The translations under genes and the position numbers were made by a program. The notes beneath the pieces were generated by a model. It saw only the letters and a program-made list of their open reading frames with translations, ran no database searches and had not been told where the DNA came from. From Lama guanicoe (lineage: Eukaryota): a stretch of 64,000 nucleotides of DNA. Positions 25,441 to 39,290 of this stretch are shown in pieces. Location of the stretch: positions 1,672,011 through 1,736,010 of the forward strand of contig MU054117.1 in the NCBI GenBank assembly GCA_013239625.1, written 5' to 3'. The number at the start of each line of letters is the position of its first letter. The stretch's first letter is position 1.

Positions 25441-25530
25441 CTCATTTACACAATCCTTTTGAGGGCAGCAGCAGCAATGAGAATTTATAATGACAAACAC
25501 TGAGCAAAAATCTTTCTTTGTAAAATCCAT
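25441..25530 (-). CDS. WNK1: Coding part of WNK1 exon 4a (first exon of kinase-defective kidney-specific KS-WNK1)
   Basis: MDFTKKDFCSVFVIINSHCCCCPQKDCVNE, the 30-aa cysteine-rich hydrophobic peptide. Donor GAG|gtaggt is in frame with exon 5. Confidence 0.93.
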
Positions 25531-26100
25531 CAGAAAAGGCAAAACAGACTTGTTACAGTTAGAGGAAAATGGGGAGAAATGGGTAAGATGTAAATTAGCC
25601 CACAGCACAAGCAAGGCGGACATCAAGAGCAGGCTGAAGTCTGGTTTCTTGTTTAACACTAGCCGTGCCTCCCCAACTCTCAGACATGGATTTGCTCTGC
25701 TCAGCCAGCAGTCTGCTTGTTCTAGATGGACCCTTTAAACAAAGCTACATGCTGAACAGCACGGAAACTATTCTGCTACTGTTCCTCCTGCTTCTCCTCC
25801 AGCAGCAATAGAGCCCTAGACAAGCAGGATGAGATTTTTACCTGCTCAAAGCTCCGCCCATGATGTCTACAGGTTCTGCCCCCTCGACATCAAAACTTGC
25901 ACTAGAAATCTGTTCATCTAAACACTCCCTTCCCTTTAATCGTATTAAAACTACGCTTTTAAGAGAAAATGGGGACTGAATTCAATGACCAAAATGTAGA
26001 AAAACGATGGACAAGAAAATAGGACAACTGGGGCATTGTTTTTTAAAAAATAAACTGCCAACCCTGGGGGGTAGGGGTGGGTGCCATGTAAGCTCAGAAC
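25531..26100 (-). promoter_or_regulatory. WNK1: Presumed KS-WNK1 5'UTR and renal intronic promoter region
   Basis: Positional inference: immediately upstream of the exon 4a ATG. GC-box-like TGGGCGGAGC at about 25851-25860. The TSS cannot be determined from sequence. Confidence 0.5.
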
Positions 26101-29100
26101 ACGTAGCCAAAAGAACACTGAACAAGGAAGTCTCAATACTAGAGTTGGGTTCCCAGTTCAACCTCTCATATACCAAGTCTGTGTGACCTGGACCATATTA
26201 CTTAAATTTACTTGAAAAGTGAGTGTAACAGTTCCTCTGTTTACCTAATTTTAAAAGTGGTGACATTAAGGTAAACTGCCTTACCACTCCCTAGTAATAC
26301 ATTAAAAAAATTAAACAGCTGTGATTAGGTACACAGACGTGATAAGAACTTAATCTTCTCCCTTCCCTCCTATTATTAAAAGCCTCAATATGCATATCTA
26401 ATAAAGGCATTTCCATTTGCCAGGAGGATCTCATGGACCCAAATGACTACTGCTTTGATCTTAGTGATTAAGGAAGGGTTTTTCTTCATGACATTAACAA
26501 AGATGGTAGAAAAAGCACTGTTTACTGTACTGTTATGATGGATAACAGAACAAAGTGCTACCCCTTGTAATCTGCTAAGCCTGAATCCCCATCAAGACAG
26601 TGGGTATGAAGGCTTCAATTACTCAGTAACAGTAGCATAAGGTAAGGGCTTGGAAGCTGTTTGGTAGGGACACTTCTACTCTAAGGACCAGAGATGACTA
26701 TTAATCCTAACAAGCTATCTCAGAGTAGTTGCCACTGATCTCTGGCTCAACACAGTTCATCACCACTAAGTAAGTAGTCTAGGATGCCAGGTATTGGTCA
26801 GAAATACAGCAATGTAGTCCACCACTACCTTTAACTTTGGTGTTTGAGCAAGCCTGCTTAGGACTATGCTTAGCTAAATGAAAACGAAAGAGCTAGACAA
26901 CAGACACCATGTTCACTGCCTCATGGGTTCATCAGATATAAATATATGAGTAGGTTTTTAAACTTTACTGTGCAACAAACAAAACCAAAAATGACGTAGC
27001 TTTTTTTGGACAGAAGTATAATGTACGCACAATTATCTAGATCTATGAAGACCAAAATAAAGAATTTCCAATATATACAATAAAAATACCATTCACATAC
27101 AGTAACAGTCGACATGTCTAACCTCTAATTCCTCTTCCTCTTAAAGTCAGTGCCTTTCTCTGGATTTCCTCCATTTCTTTCAATAGTACCATCATCACTT
27201 CCATGATCCAGAATAGAAACAGCTGTCATTCTTGGATGCTGCTTCTCCCACAGCATTTAGTACTATTATTCTCTATGAGCTCTTTAAACAAAGAGAAATG
27301 TTTAAACAGCCAGTAAATAGTTCTGCTGCCAGTATTCCTACGCCCCTCCAACAGCCAAAGATCTCTGGTCAGACAACGTAAGTTTTTTAAACTGGCTTCT
27401 TTGCTGCCTCTCAAAATCACTGCTTCTTCGGCATAACAATTGTGACCATCAAAGTCCAGGGTCCTCTTTAAGTGCAGACCAACTTAAGATGGACCTCACT
27501 GTTTCTGCTCTTTCCAATTTGTATTTCACACTGTGCCTGGCTCAATCATCTGGCTTCATCTAATCATCTGATATCATTTAACTTGTATCACATTGTGGTT
27601 AATAGTTCTCCACATCTACAAGATGGCCGTAGGATCACAGATCTAGAAAGAATCTGAGTTAGAGTCCCAACTTGTTCAAATGAGACAACTATAGGCCAGA
27701 GAGATCAATGCCATGTCAAAGTTAGAATTATTTCAACTCACATCTCTGAGGCGTCTAGTCTAGTACCTATCAGACATCTGCTAGATAAACCGCATTATCT
27801 TCAGCACCTAGAATAAAAGAGTGCACATTCCAGTGGGTATGGGCCTAGTCAACAGTAAAGCAAGAACTAGAATCCAGGTTCAACAATGTCTAGTTCAACG
27901 TTACTTCTGGTCCATGTTTCAGTGCTTTTTAATCTCCTTCCTCTGGGGTGAAAAGCCCTCACAGCCAAACTTCCACCTGCTTCTCTACTTCTATCTCCCT
28001 CAGACAACTCCAGTCAACTGGTTACTTGTTCACTGAACTCTCAGTGCACATTTTCACAAGAATACTCTTTCTACTGCCCCCATTTTCAGTCAGGTGAGTC
28101 CAAACACTTCTCTCAAGGTGTACTTCAAATCATCTATATTGAGAAGGCACCAATTACAAAATATCTGTCTGAATCTCCCAGCATATAAATTATTTACAAG
28201 GTATCAAGAAATGAAAGCTGCTATAATTTATTTAAATATAGTAGAAACCATCTCTCTATATACTGTCAGTTTTTATTCTGTAGTCTAATGTTTTGTGAGT
28301 TATAGATCAACGTTCATTTGGGATAAGCTTTTCTGAGAAATTCTAAAATAAAGATTTCACAATTTTTCTTTAGCACTTAAAACATTGGGAATGATACCCA
28401 GAACTGTCTGGTTTAAGACTGATGGCCTGATTAAGATTAAGAAACTTTGATATTAATCAAATCACAATAGAGTACTAGAATGACTTTGACAATCATGCAA
28501 AATGTCCCTAACACACCCTGGTGCACAAAGTTTTCTCTTACATGTATAATTCACATTCATTGGATGGAAAGAGAATAAAATTTATAAAGGAATCATTTCA
28601 GCTAACTGCAGTGAATTTAGAACTCTGGGATATCACAAAAAAATTCCAGCTGCTAAAGAAAAAAAATACAAAGTTTTCCTCAACTTTTCAAACCCTATCT
28701 AATCAGGAATCAGCTTCACTTGTTTCTGTAAAAAACTAGGGTGAATTGCAATCAGTTATATAAAAACCAAAAGGAATTTCACCCCAACTGCTTTAATTCT
28801 GTTTTTCCCAGACAGAATGTTCAAGCCTTGCAATCCAAAGGCTAAAGCAATCAGTGACAAAGTCAAATTACACAAACAAAGTAATTAAAAATCCCCATTA
28901 TTTCTAACTTGGTTGTTATGAGGCTGGATTCAGCCAGATTCTTACTGGTATGAACCATTAGTTTACAGGAATTTGAACATACTTTATGATCCCATTGGAA
29001 AACAAGCCTCTTCAAACTTCCTACCAAATCCAACCAGCTCTGTCCAAGGAAATTAGCTGACCTCATTATTCTCCAAGGCTCATTACCCCCTGGATACAGG

Positions 29101-29499
29101 GGAGCCCGTGTACTGCTCCAGCCTCAAGTGCACTATCCTCCGCAGAACAGACTGACGTCACTGCTTACTGTGGTTTCTGTCCTTCTAATAGCAGACAAAA
29201 GTTGTGCTAAGTACACGAGGACTCTTATTTGGAACTTCTCATTACCAATGGCAGAAATTTTCAAGATAACTTAAGTTTTTCTCCTCTAAACAGGGATCAC
29301 GAACCCTTTATAAAGGGGCTCAAACCTGTGATATGAGTCTTCAACTTATGCTACCCATGTACTCTAAATTCTTTACTCGCAGATTTGTTTCCCCTGGAGG
29401 TCTAGAGGAAAACAAGTTAAACAAAACCAAGCAGAGGGAAAATAATTTAAGGTTTGTATTAGTGTTATGTTAGAGACATTTGATTTCTGATTTTATTAT

Positions 29500-30330
29500 T
29501 ATTATTATTTTTCCTTCATGTCCTTGAGCAAAATGCTTAACCTCTGAACCTATTTTCTCACCTGTGAAATGAAGATATTTACTTACCAGAATATAAAAGA
29601 TTAAAATAAGATAGCATATGTAAAGCACTTTGCAAGGTGACTGGCAAGAAACAAGATTATAAATAAATGTTAGCTCATGCGTGCACATTTAAAACTTTCC
29701 TTTATTTTAAGTTCATTAAACACATTTTAATCACTGCTGATTGTTGAACATCACTAGATAGAAGAACAGAACAAGAGACAACTTATCTCACTACGAAGCA
29801 TGCCATAATGACGTTAGTGACAACTGTGGCAGTGCCTAGTAAGTACTGACTGCTCACTGCATGGTAGGCATGTTTCCCATGTGACCTCCATAACAGTTTA
29901 GGCTCAGAGAAGTTAATTAACTTGCCCCAGGTACACAAGACAGGAAATGACAGCGCTGGGATTTGAACTCAAAGAGACCCAACTCCAGAGCCCATTTACT
30001 CCCCAGGCAACATAAAATTGTGTTTCACTCCCTACAGTTCTATGTTTATGTATTCATTTCACAAATACTGACTGAGTGCCTGTTACCTGCCAGTCTCCAA
30101 GCACTAGGAATACAGCCAAGAACAAGTCAGATAAAACGAACGACCCACAAAATTTATATTCTGATTGGGGCTTTAGATAAATACTGTAAAGCTGTGATAA
30201 AAGCCACGAAGGAAATAAAACCATAAGTAAGGGTGTGTGCACACTTAAGACTGTTTTAGATGGATGGGCGGGGAAGGCCTCTCTGAGCAAGGAACACTTA
30301 AAGTAGAGACCTGAAAGAAATACATGTGCA
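29500..30330. mobile_element. Cluster of MIR and L2 remnants
   Basis: MIR cores (aacctctgaacctattttctcacctgtgaaatg; ggctcagagaagttaattaacttgccc) and an L2 3' end (tattcatttcacaaatactgactgagtgcct). Confidence 0.65.
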
Positions 30331-32297
30331 GAACAATGACACACAACAGTTTATTATCAATGTACCAGAGAATGTAATCATTAAACCCATCTACATTTAC
30401 CCCTCAGGACAGACTGACGCTGTAACAAACATTTATGGATTCAATATAGCATTCTGACATGAGCAGGGGGACCTGGGCCCAGAATAAGAGAACAACAAAT
30501 AACTCTTATGTAGCCACGGGCTGCCCATCCTGGGCTTCACACTACCTAGCTATGAAATGTTGATAACAGTGATAGCAAACCGCCCCCTGCCAAAGCTGTT
30601 GGAAGAACTAAATTATGCATGAAACATGTGCAAAGTGTTTAATGCAGTGTCTGGCACACAGGGTGTACATTTGCTAATATTTACACCACTATCGCCTGCT
30701 ATTTACATGGCAGTTGCACTACTGCAAGGCGCAGACATGTAGTAATGAACTGATCTACAGAGGGGGAAGACACCTGTCCTCCAGAGGCTCAGTTCTAACA
30801 GGCGCGGGGGGGGGTGGTGACATCAGTATTACTATGAGAGGTTGAGTATGAGAAGAACACTGAAGAGGGAATAATACTGGCATGACTTTCTCCAAGAAAC
30901 CGGGGGGTGGGATGGGGAATTCTAGAATATTTCTGGTAGAGTGCCAGAAGACTGAGGCTACTTACTGGCTCATTGCTCACACAGATTTCCTTAGCATCCC
31001 TGTCAAAGGTCAACTAAGTTCTCAGTCTAAACATACTTTCTCAGGAATACTGTCTTTGAAGCTCTCAAGGAGATCAAAATCCCCTACTTCATCATGTCTA
31101 TAAAAATCCACGTGCTTTATTGTAATTACTACCTCAATGTTCCCCTCCCTGAAAGAACACTGAAGCATATATCTGGTTCGCTGTTGTAACCCTAAACTGG
31201 CACGTAGAAGATACTTAATTAATCACTGTTAAATAAGTGAATAATTGTTTAATTCAAAAGAAAACTAAGAACTAGAGCTTATGGTTCAACTGACTAGCGT
31301 TCTGTGACCTTCAGATCTAAAAAAGGTAATCCAGAGCTGTGACACACTCTTCTTTGTATCCCATTTCTAAGACAACGCCAAACCCACAGAAGGCCCTGCA
31401 TGTTTAGGAGGGGGCGGTTCACTGACTACTAACACGGGATGTGCAGGTCTGGGGTGGAGACCAGGAATCCGGAGTGGCAGAGGGCAGTCTGCATGAGGGA
31501 GTCTGATGATCGCCCCACCGCTCAATGGATACTCAAACATGTCTCCTTAATAAATGTGCAGTCATTTGGCAGACTAATGCTGACATATACTTTTAAAATA
31601 CTAGTTAAATTTACAACCAAAGCAAACTTAAAAGAAAGCACTGTACTTCAGGGTGCGTTTCAATAGAGTCATCACTATTGCTTATATAATTACATAAATT
31701 ATTGTATAATCTAGGTACTTACTTAAATTGCCCACACATTGGTCTCAGCACCCAAAACCTTAGAAAAATTAAAAGATTTAAAAAGGACACAGCCCTTTTC
31801 ATTCTTCATTGGAAGCCAGAATATGGGAATGGACGTCGGTGAAATCAAGACAGCATTTCCCAGATAATATAATAATTGACAGGACAGAATAATGGATTGT
31901 AGACAATACAGAACTAAATTTTCACAGCTGAGAGAAAAAAATAAAGAGCAAGTGAGTGCCTGTGGTGCCCTTAGAAACCCAGGATTTTAATACAGTTCCC
32001 AATGAATTCACTCCTCAAGCTTTTTACTCCATATTTTCTATACCTTGACTTACTATTTTGCTTTTTTCAAAAACAACTCCTTGAGTAAGGCAGAAAAAAT
32101 GCAATAAAATAGGGCTAAATCTCTAAGTCACTTTGGTTACTTACATTGCTAGTAAAAAGGTTCCATAAATGATGGAAGGAAAATTTATCTAAATAATGTT
32201 TGGTGTTACATTACTTAGCCTACTTTTAATTTATTTAACCAAAAATAAGGCATATAGAACTGAAAGGGAGCTGAGGTGATCAGTGTTCCAGCTCCCC

Positions 32298-32456
32298 CTT
32301 CTTAAACTTCATGTACACATGAATCATCTTTGGATCCTGCAAAATGCTGGTTTTGACTCAATCCGTCTGGGATGAGGTCAGAATTTTGCATTTTTAACAA
32401 GGTGTGCTAGGATGCCAACTCTGCTGGTTGTAGGGACTGCACTTTGCAAAGCAAAG
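32298..32456. mobile_element. MER5-family hAT MITE
   Basis: gaatcatctttggatcctgcaaaatgc...tgcatttttaacaag...gactgcactttg. Confidence 0.6.
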
Positions 32457-33073
32457 ATCTAAACAGTGATTTGAGAACTGATGGAAGAGCATGTGAACAA
32501 ATGACTTTTCAAATGACTTTCTAGTCCTGGAATTTTGACTCTTTCTACTATTAAAGTTATTATTTTCTGTTCTACTTGTACCAGTTTTTCCTATCGTACA
32601 AAACGTATTGCATATGTACACAGACAAAGTGTATCAGTTTCTACTTGCTACTATTCAATTTCATTTTAGCATGATAATTTTTAGTATTTCAGAGGTGACC
32701 TGATTTTGCAGGGTAATTCAAGTCTCCCAAACTTACACAGTATTTAACTTATATTTGGGATTCCTTTAACTGAATCATTTATTCTTCAAAACATCACTGA
32801 GTGCCTACAATGTGCCATATACTGTGCTACAAACACAATACTGTAAACATGTAGTCAACGATCAGGCATCTGTTAAGCACTGTCCCAAGAATAACTGCTT
32901 TTATACCCTATGGTAACTAACTGTCCGGTTTACTTGTTTGTTCCCCTTTGTATAGTAATAAGCTCTTGAGACACAGAGATTTGTTAATTAACAATACTAT
33001 TTGATACCTAGGATCTAGAAAGAAGCCTGGAACATAACAGAGACTTAAATATCTGTTGGGGGAACTCATGAAC

Positions 33074-33530
<457 letters not shown>

Positions 33531-33585
33531 TTAAATTAAAAGAATGATTCAGACTCAACGCGAGAAGCTGCAGACATTACTCATC

Positions 33586-33746
33586 GGAAGGGAGGGAAGG
33601 TGGTTGGAGCAGAAGAGGAGTTGGCCTGTGAGAAGAAAGTGGAAGGAGGAAAAGAGGGAAGGGGGGGGAGAGAGAGAGAGAGAGAGAGAGAGAAAATGGG
33701 AATGAAAGAAGAAAAGTAGGTAGGTGGTGGGGGGAGAGGAAAGAAA
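33586..33746. repeat. Polypurine tract containing a (GA)n microsatellite
   Basis: Strongly purine-skewed plus strand; GA repeat at about 33668-33693. Confidence 0.9.
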
Positions 33747-34796
33747 TCTTAGTCTGTTCCATCAAATATGTTACCGATCTTTCACTGCAAGTCCTTTACG
33801 AAAAACTGGAACAGGGTCAAGCGTTATTATTTTTCAAATGGATTACTGTTATACAATGTCAAAACGGAGCCTTGCATAAAAGATAAACCAATATAACTCA
33901 TGCTGAAAACGGATGGAAGGAAAAGGCAAGCAACTAGCAAGGAATAAAGCAGGTATAACAGTAACTACATGTGAGACAGGCCGAAGGGTTAAAAAAGATC
34001 AAAACCCTCGTCTGCCCCCTGCTGTTTGGCAGCTGTAAGGTTAACATTTGTAGCTAGTCTCTTGCCATTAAGGCACCATCTGATCAGTTTCACTTCTAAG
34101 GCGGCCTTGCAGTAAAAAGGCTGATGTTCTGTACAGGCCGCTCACCAGAGCCCGTCCCCTCACACACGTCCACCTGACCCGCAGTGCCCAGGCCGCCCAG
34201 AGACAAGAGTGCGGCAAGAGCAGCCTGCAGACACGCACACACAGTTCACTGTGTGCTTGAGCTCCCAGACTGAACTATGGACAGGCTGTGTGCTCCTACA
34301 CACGAGGTCCCACTGTTTCCAAAGGAATCAAGTCCAGACACCTCAAATGACAGGACATCGCTAAGAACAGGCTTGCACACTGCAGTAAAAACAAAAAAGA
34401 AAGAAGGGGGCAAAAAACTCTCTTGGGCTGGAGATTTTTTAAGATGCCAAAAAGACAACGAAATGTTTCTTGTAGGGCAGGCAAAATGGAAATTCAGCTT
34501 TAAACAACACTTTTCCCAAGGAGAACATCACTGTATAAGGATGTGCAAATTACTGGTGTTCTATGCTTTTCTTATTAAAACACAGGATTCTAGCTCACTT
34601 AAAAATGAATGGTTTTCTTGTTATTGTCCTTGTCACCTCTTGGGGAGAGTAGAGTGTTCGTGAAGATTTCAAGTTTTCAAACTGTCATACCCTCTTCAAG
34701 AGGGTTAGTCAAAGTAATAAGCATTAAATTATTTTTCAAGTTGCAACTCTCTAACTTACAGTTAAAGACTAGAAAGGACAGCCTTGTTCTGTAAAC

Positions 34797-35027
34797 CAGA
34801 GATTCTCACCAGGGTGTGATTTGCCCCACAGGGGACATCTAGCAACGTCCAGAGACATTTTTGGTTGTAATAACTCAGGGGAAGTGAACAAGGGGTGTGC
34901 TACTGGTATCTGGTGAGGAGAGACCAGGGACACTGCTAGGTCATCTTACAATGAATGCACAAGCCAGTCCTTATAGCAAAGAACTGTCCAACCCAAAGTG
35001 TAGAAATAGTAGTGAGGCTGAAAACTG
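34797..35027 (+). mobile_element. MER20 (second copy)
   Basis: tgatttgccccacaggggacatctagcaacgtccagagacatttttggttgt...tgctactggtatctggtg. Confidence 0.8.
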
Positions 35028-35515
35028 TTTTAGATTTAACTTCTAAAGAACACGGGTAAGAAAAAAGTTGACAGTGTACTGTCATACTTTTACATTTAAA
35101 AATAAAGTTTTACAGGCAGATATTTTTGAATACACATATATCCAACAGACTTTTTAAGAAACAAAACTACATATAAATTCAATTTCTTCTATGGGGAAAG
35201 TAAGACACTGCATCGGTTATGTAAGTAACTATATAATACTAAATATCAACAAAATGACCCAATAAGGTTGATAGTTATATAAGGTTTTGTCAACAAAGTT
35301 CACGTTACTTCTCTTCATATAACTTTACAAAGCAATGCTAGTCTTCAAGGTGATTCTAAAGACACAAATATAGAGAACTCCACATCACTTTCTGGGTTCA
35401 AGCTATGAATTTTTGAAGGTTTATTTCAGGCAATAAAAGCTCTGACAGGGTCAGGTTTCTAAGTAAAAGGAATGTCAGAAAGCCAGTTAGATTGCAAGGT
35501 ACATCTGAAACATAC

Positions 35516-35736
35516 CTATCACACTCTTGGCAAAAGAAGCCCGCTTTAAGGTTGCCAGACCCAGGTCTCCGATCTTAACTGAGCCCGTAGGGCCAGTGAT
35601 AAAGATATTGTCACACTTCAGATCCCGGTGAATAATAGGTGGAGTTCGAGTATGAAGAAACTGAAGTCCTTTAAGAATCTGACGGCACCAGCTTCTCAGA
35701 ACTTTGATCTTCATCACTTTAAACCTTTTCAGGTAC
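35516..35736 (-). CDS. WNK1: WNK1 exon 3 (221 nt; catalytic loop [11 protein letters not shown] motif, activation loop)
   Basis: ttctag|G TAC ... G|gtatgt. Encodes [24 protein letters not shown]...[10 protein letters not shown]. Confidence 0.98.
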
Positions 35737-36324
35737 CTAGAAAAGGTGAAGTACACCAAACAGGTTATCAGTGATATGCATTTACTGCTTTGAAAAATTC
35801 CATTAAATTCTAGCATATCTGAGACAGGAATATCAAATTTAGAATATTAAGATTCAGTAACCTTAGGTTAGTGCTACTTTTAGTAAGGATAAAGGGGATA
35901 GGATACTAAGTGGTTGACAAGGCAAATTCTGATAATTAAGCACCAAAAATACATTCCTTAAAATTAGATCACTACTAAAATGATTTAACAGGGGTAGAGT
36001 TCAACTTCTGATCAACGGTGGAGCAACTCTGTTTACAGATGCAGATGTAATTATAAACTCTAGTGAAAAAAAAACACACACACACACACATACACACACA
36101 AAACAACCACTTGAAGGCTCTGGAGAGCAATCAAAATCAGGCATGAACTGGAAGGGAGTGCACACCAGGGAAAAGGGAAAGCACTGGTCCGCGGTGAGGA
36201 CTGAGAATGAGGACGGAGATTGAGACAACTGCAGCATGTAGGACAGCGCTGGCCAGCAGAACTTCCTACAGGGCCAGCCTATGCCACAGAACATCCAGAA
36301 GTGAACATTTGTATTTACAAGTGG

Positions 36325-36470
36325 ATTAATTAAAATAAAAACTCATTTCCCAGTTGCACTAGTCGCATTTCAAGTGCTCAACAACTGTATGTGGCAAGTA
36401 GCTACCATTTTGGACAGCACAGATTAGAGGACATTTTCATCGCTGCAGAAAGTTCTGTTGGACAGCAGAG
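36325..36470. mobile_element. MER3/MER33-like hAT MITE
   Basis: cagttgcactagtcgcatttcaagtgctc...agaaagttctgttggacagc. Confidence 0.7.
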
Positions 36471-36714
36471 ATCTACAAAATAAAGGGGGTAATCCCAGAA
36501 AGGAGGTATAGAAGAGGAGCCCCAAATTCTGCATATTCACTCTGCCCACATCTCTGGTCGACCTCTTTAATATGTGTATGTGAAGCAGATTCCAAGCAGC
36601 CCAGCTAATGCTAAAAGAACAGAACAGAGACTTCTGATGCTATCCGCCGCAGGGAAGATGAAGTTTGGGAATTGAGTGCAGGTGCTACTTATGAAGTATA
36701 TAAAATATAACAGA

Positions 36715-37700
36715 TGATTGCCTATTAACCTTGTATCTTATGACCTTACTAAATTTGTTTAGAACCACTGGACTTTTCTATGTAAACAATTACTTAATCT
36801 GCAGACAGGGAGTTTCGTTTCTTCCTTTCCAATCTTTATGCCTTTTGCTAGTTTCCCCGCTTTGTGCAGTGGGTGGGCCCTCTAGAACAACACTGAACAT
36901 AAGCAGGGAAAGCAGGCATCTGGGTCCTAATCTTAGGGGAAGCCATTAAGTGTGACGTTAGCTATCAGTTTTTTCATGGATGCTTTTACCAGTTCAATGA
37001 AGTTTCCTACCATTCCTAGTTTGCTAAGAGTTTTTAGTAAGGAATACATGTTGAATTGTGAAATACTTTTTTCACATATATTGAAATGATCATATGGGTT
37101 TTTTTCTTTTATTCTCTTAATGTGGTGAACAACACTGATTCATTCTGTGTTAAACCAACTTTATGATCCTGGGATAAACCCTATTTGGTACTGATGTATT
37201 GTGACTGCTGGAATCCAAAAACAAACAAACAAACAAAAACAAAGCATAAATACAGGACAGAAATAGACTCATGGACAGAGAATACAGACTTGTGGTTACC
37301 AGGGGGGTGGAGGGTGGGAAGGGATAGACTAGGATTTCAAAATTGTAGAATAGATAAACAAGATTACACTGTATAGCACAGGGAAATATACACAAAATGT
37401 TATGATAAATCACAGAGAAAAAAATGAGACAATGAGTGTGCATATGTCCATGAATGACTGAAAAACTGTGCTGAACACTGGAATTTGACACAACACTGTA
37501 AAATGATTATAAATCAATAAAAATGTTAAAAAATTTGTTATTATTCTGTAAAGGATTTTTGCATCTATATTCATGAGGGACCTTGCTTTATTAATTTCTT
37601 TTGCTATAATATCTGAGATTTTGGTACTGGTGTTATGCTGGCTTCAAAAAATGAATTAGACACTGATTCTTCTCCTCTATTTTTTGAGAAAACTCAACAC
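36715..37700 (-). mobile_element. Old L1M ORF2 fragment, interrupted by a younger L1 3'UTR
   Basis: Antisense RT-region motifs (tcctagtttgctaagagttttt, tgaaatgatcatatggg) that resume after 37533 (tttgcatctatattcatgaggga). Confidence 0.7.
37209..37533 (+). mobile_element. Lineage-specific L1 3'UTR (5'-truncated)
   Basis: Clearly homologous to 44100-44400 (gggtgggaagggatagact, ctgtatagcacagggaaatata, ggaatttgacacaac); ends AATAAA plus an A-rich tail. Confidence 0.85.
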
Positions 37701-37729
37701 ACTGGATTCTGCCCCCCTAACTAAAAAAT

Positions 37730-39290
37730 TATGATAAAACACAAGAAATTTACCATGTTAAGTGGTATTAAGCACATTCATATTATTGTGCAATCATCAC
37801 CATCATCCATCTCCAGAACTCTTATCATCTTGTAAAACTGAAACTCTGTACCCATTAAAAACAATAACTCTCCATTTCCCCTTCCCCTCAGGCCCTGGAA
37901 ACCACCATCTTACTTGCTGTCTCTATAAATCTGACAACTCTAAGTTCCTCATGTAAGTGGAAGCATACAGTATTTATCCTTTTGTGACTGGCAGGCAGCA
38001 TAACGTCCCTAAGGTTCATTCATGTTGTAGCATATGCCACAATTTCCTTCCCTTTTAGGGCAGAAAAATATTCCACTGTACATACATTATACTACATTTT
38101 GCTTATTTATTATTCCACTGATGAACACTTACATTGTGTCTACTTTTAGCTATTACGAATAATGCTGCTATAAACATGGGTGTACAAATATCTCTTTAAG
38201 ACTCTGCTTTCAATTCTTCTGGGTATACATCCAGAAGTGAAATTGTTGGACCATGCAGTAAATCTATTATTTTTTATTGAGATATAATTGACATATAACA
38301 TTATATTAGTTTTAGGTATACAATATAATGATTCAAAATGTGTATATATTGTGAAATGGTCACTGTCAGTCTAGTTAACATCCACCATCACAAGGCTACA
38401 AATTCTTTTCTTATGATGAGAACTTTTAAGATCTACTCAATAAGCAACTTCCAAATATACAGCACAGTATTATTAACTATAGGCACCATATTGCACGTTA
38501 CATTTTCAGGACTTAACTTATTTTACAAACTTCACCTATTTTGCAACACCCTGCCCCTGCCCCTGGCAATGACCAATCTGTTCTCTAGACCTCTGAGTTC
38601 AGCTTTTGTTAGTTGGTGGTGTTAGTTTGTTTTGGTTTTGTTTCTGTCTTTAGATTCCATACATAAGTGAGATCACATGATATTTATCTTTGTCCGACTT
38701 ATTTCACTTAGTACAATGCCCTCAAGGATCCATCCATGGTTTTTTTTTTGCAAGATTTTCTTCTTTATGGCTGAATAATTCCAATGCAGATACATGCAGC
38801 ACGTTTTCCTTATCCATCCATCCATCAGTGGACGTTTAGGTTGCTTTCACATCTTGGCTATCGTAAACAGTGCTGCAATGAACATGGGGGCACGTATTAT
38901 CTTTTCGAGTTTGTGTTTTTCTTTTCTTTGGATAAATACCTGCAAGTGAAATTGCTGGATCATACAGTAGTTCTATTTTTAATTTTCTGAGCAGCCCCCA
39001 CACTGTTTTCCGTAGTGGCTATACCAATTCACATTCCCTTCAACAGTGCACAAGGGTTCCCTTTTCTCCGCAGCATTTATCTTTTGTCTTTTTGGCAACA
39101 GTCACTCTAAAAGGTGTAAGGTGGTGTCTCATTGTGGCTTTTGATTTATGTCTCCTTACTGACTAGTGATACTGAGCATCTTTTCATGTGTGTGTTGGTT
39201 ATTTGTATATCTTCTCTGGAGAAATGTCTATTCAAGTCCTTCACCCATTTTGAATTATTTGCTTTTAATGTTGTTGAGTTTTGGAGTTCT
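37730..39290 (-). mobile_element. Nested L1MA/L1MB-type 3'-end fragments
   Basis: Two antisense L1 3' ends (new poly-T start at about 38270) plus ORF2 C-terminal motifs (actgagcatcttttcatgtg, ggagaaatgtctattca). Confidence 0.75.

Noticed and set aside
35552..35572. DLG instead of DFG in the kinase activation segment
   Set aside because: Normal WNK-family feature (chloride-binding DLG motif), not a lesion.
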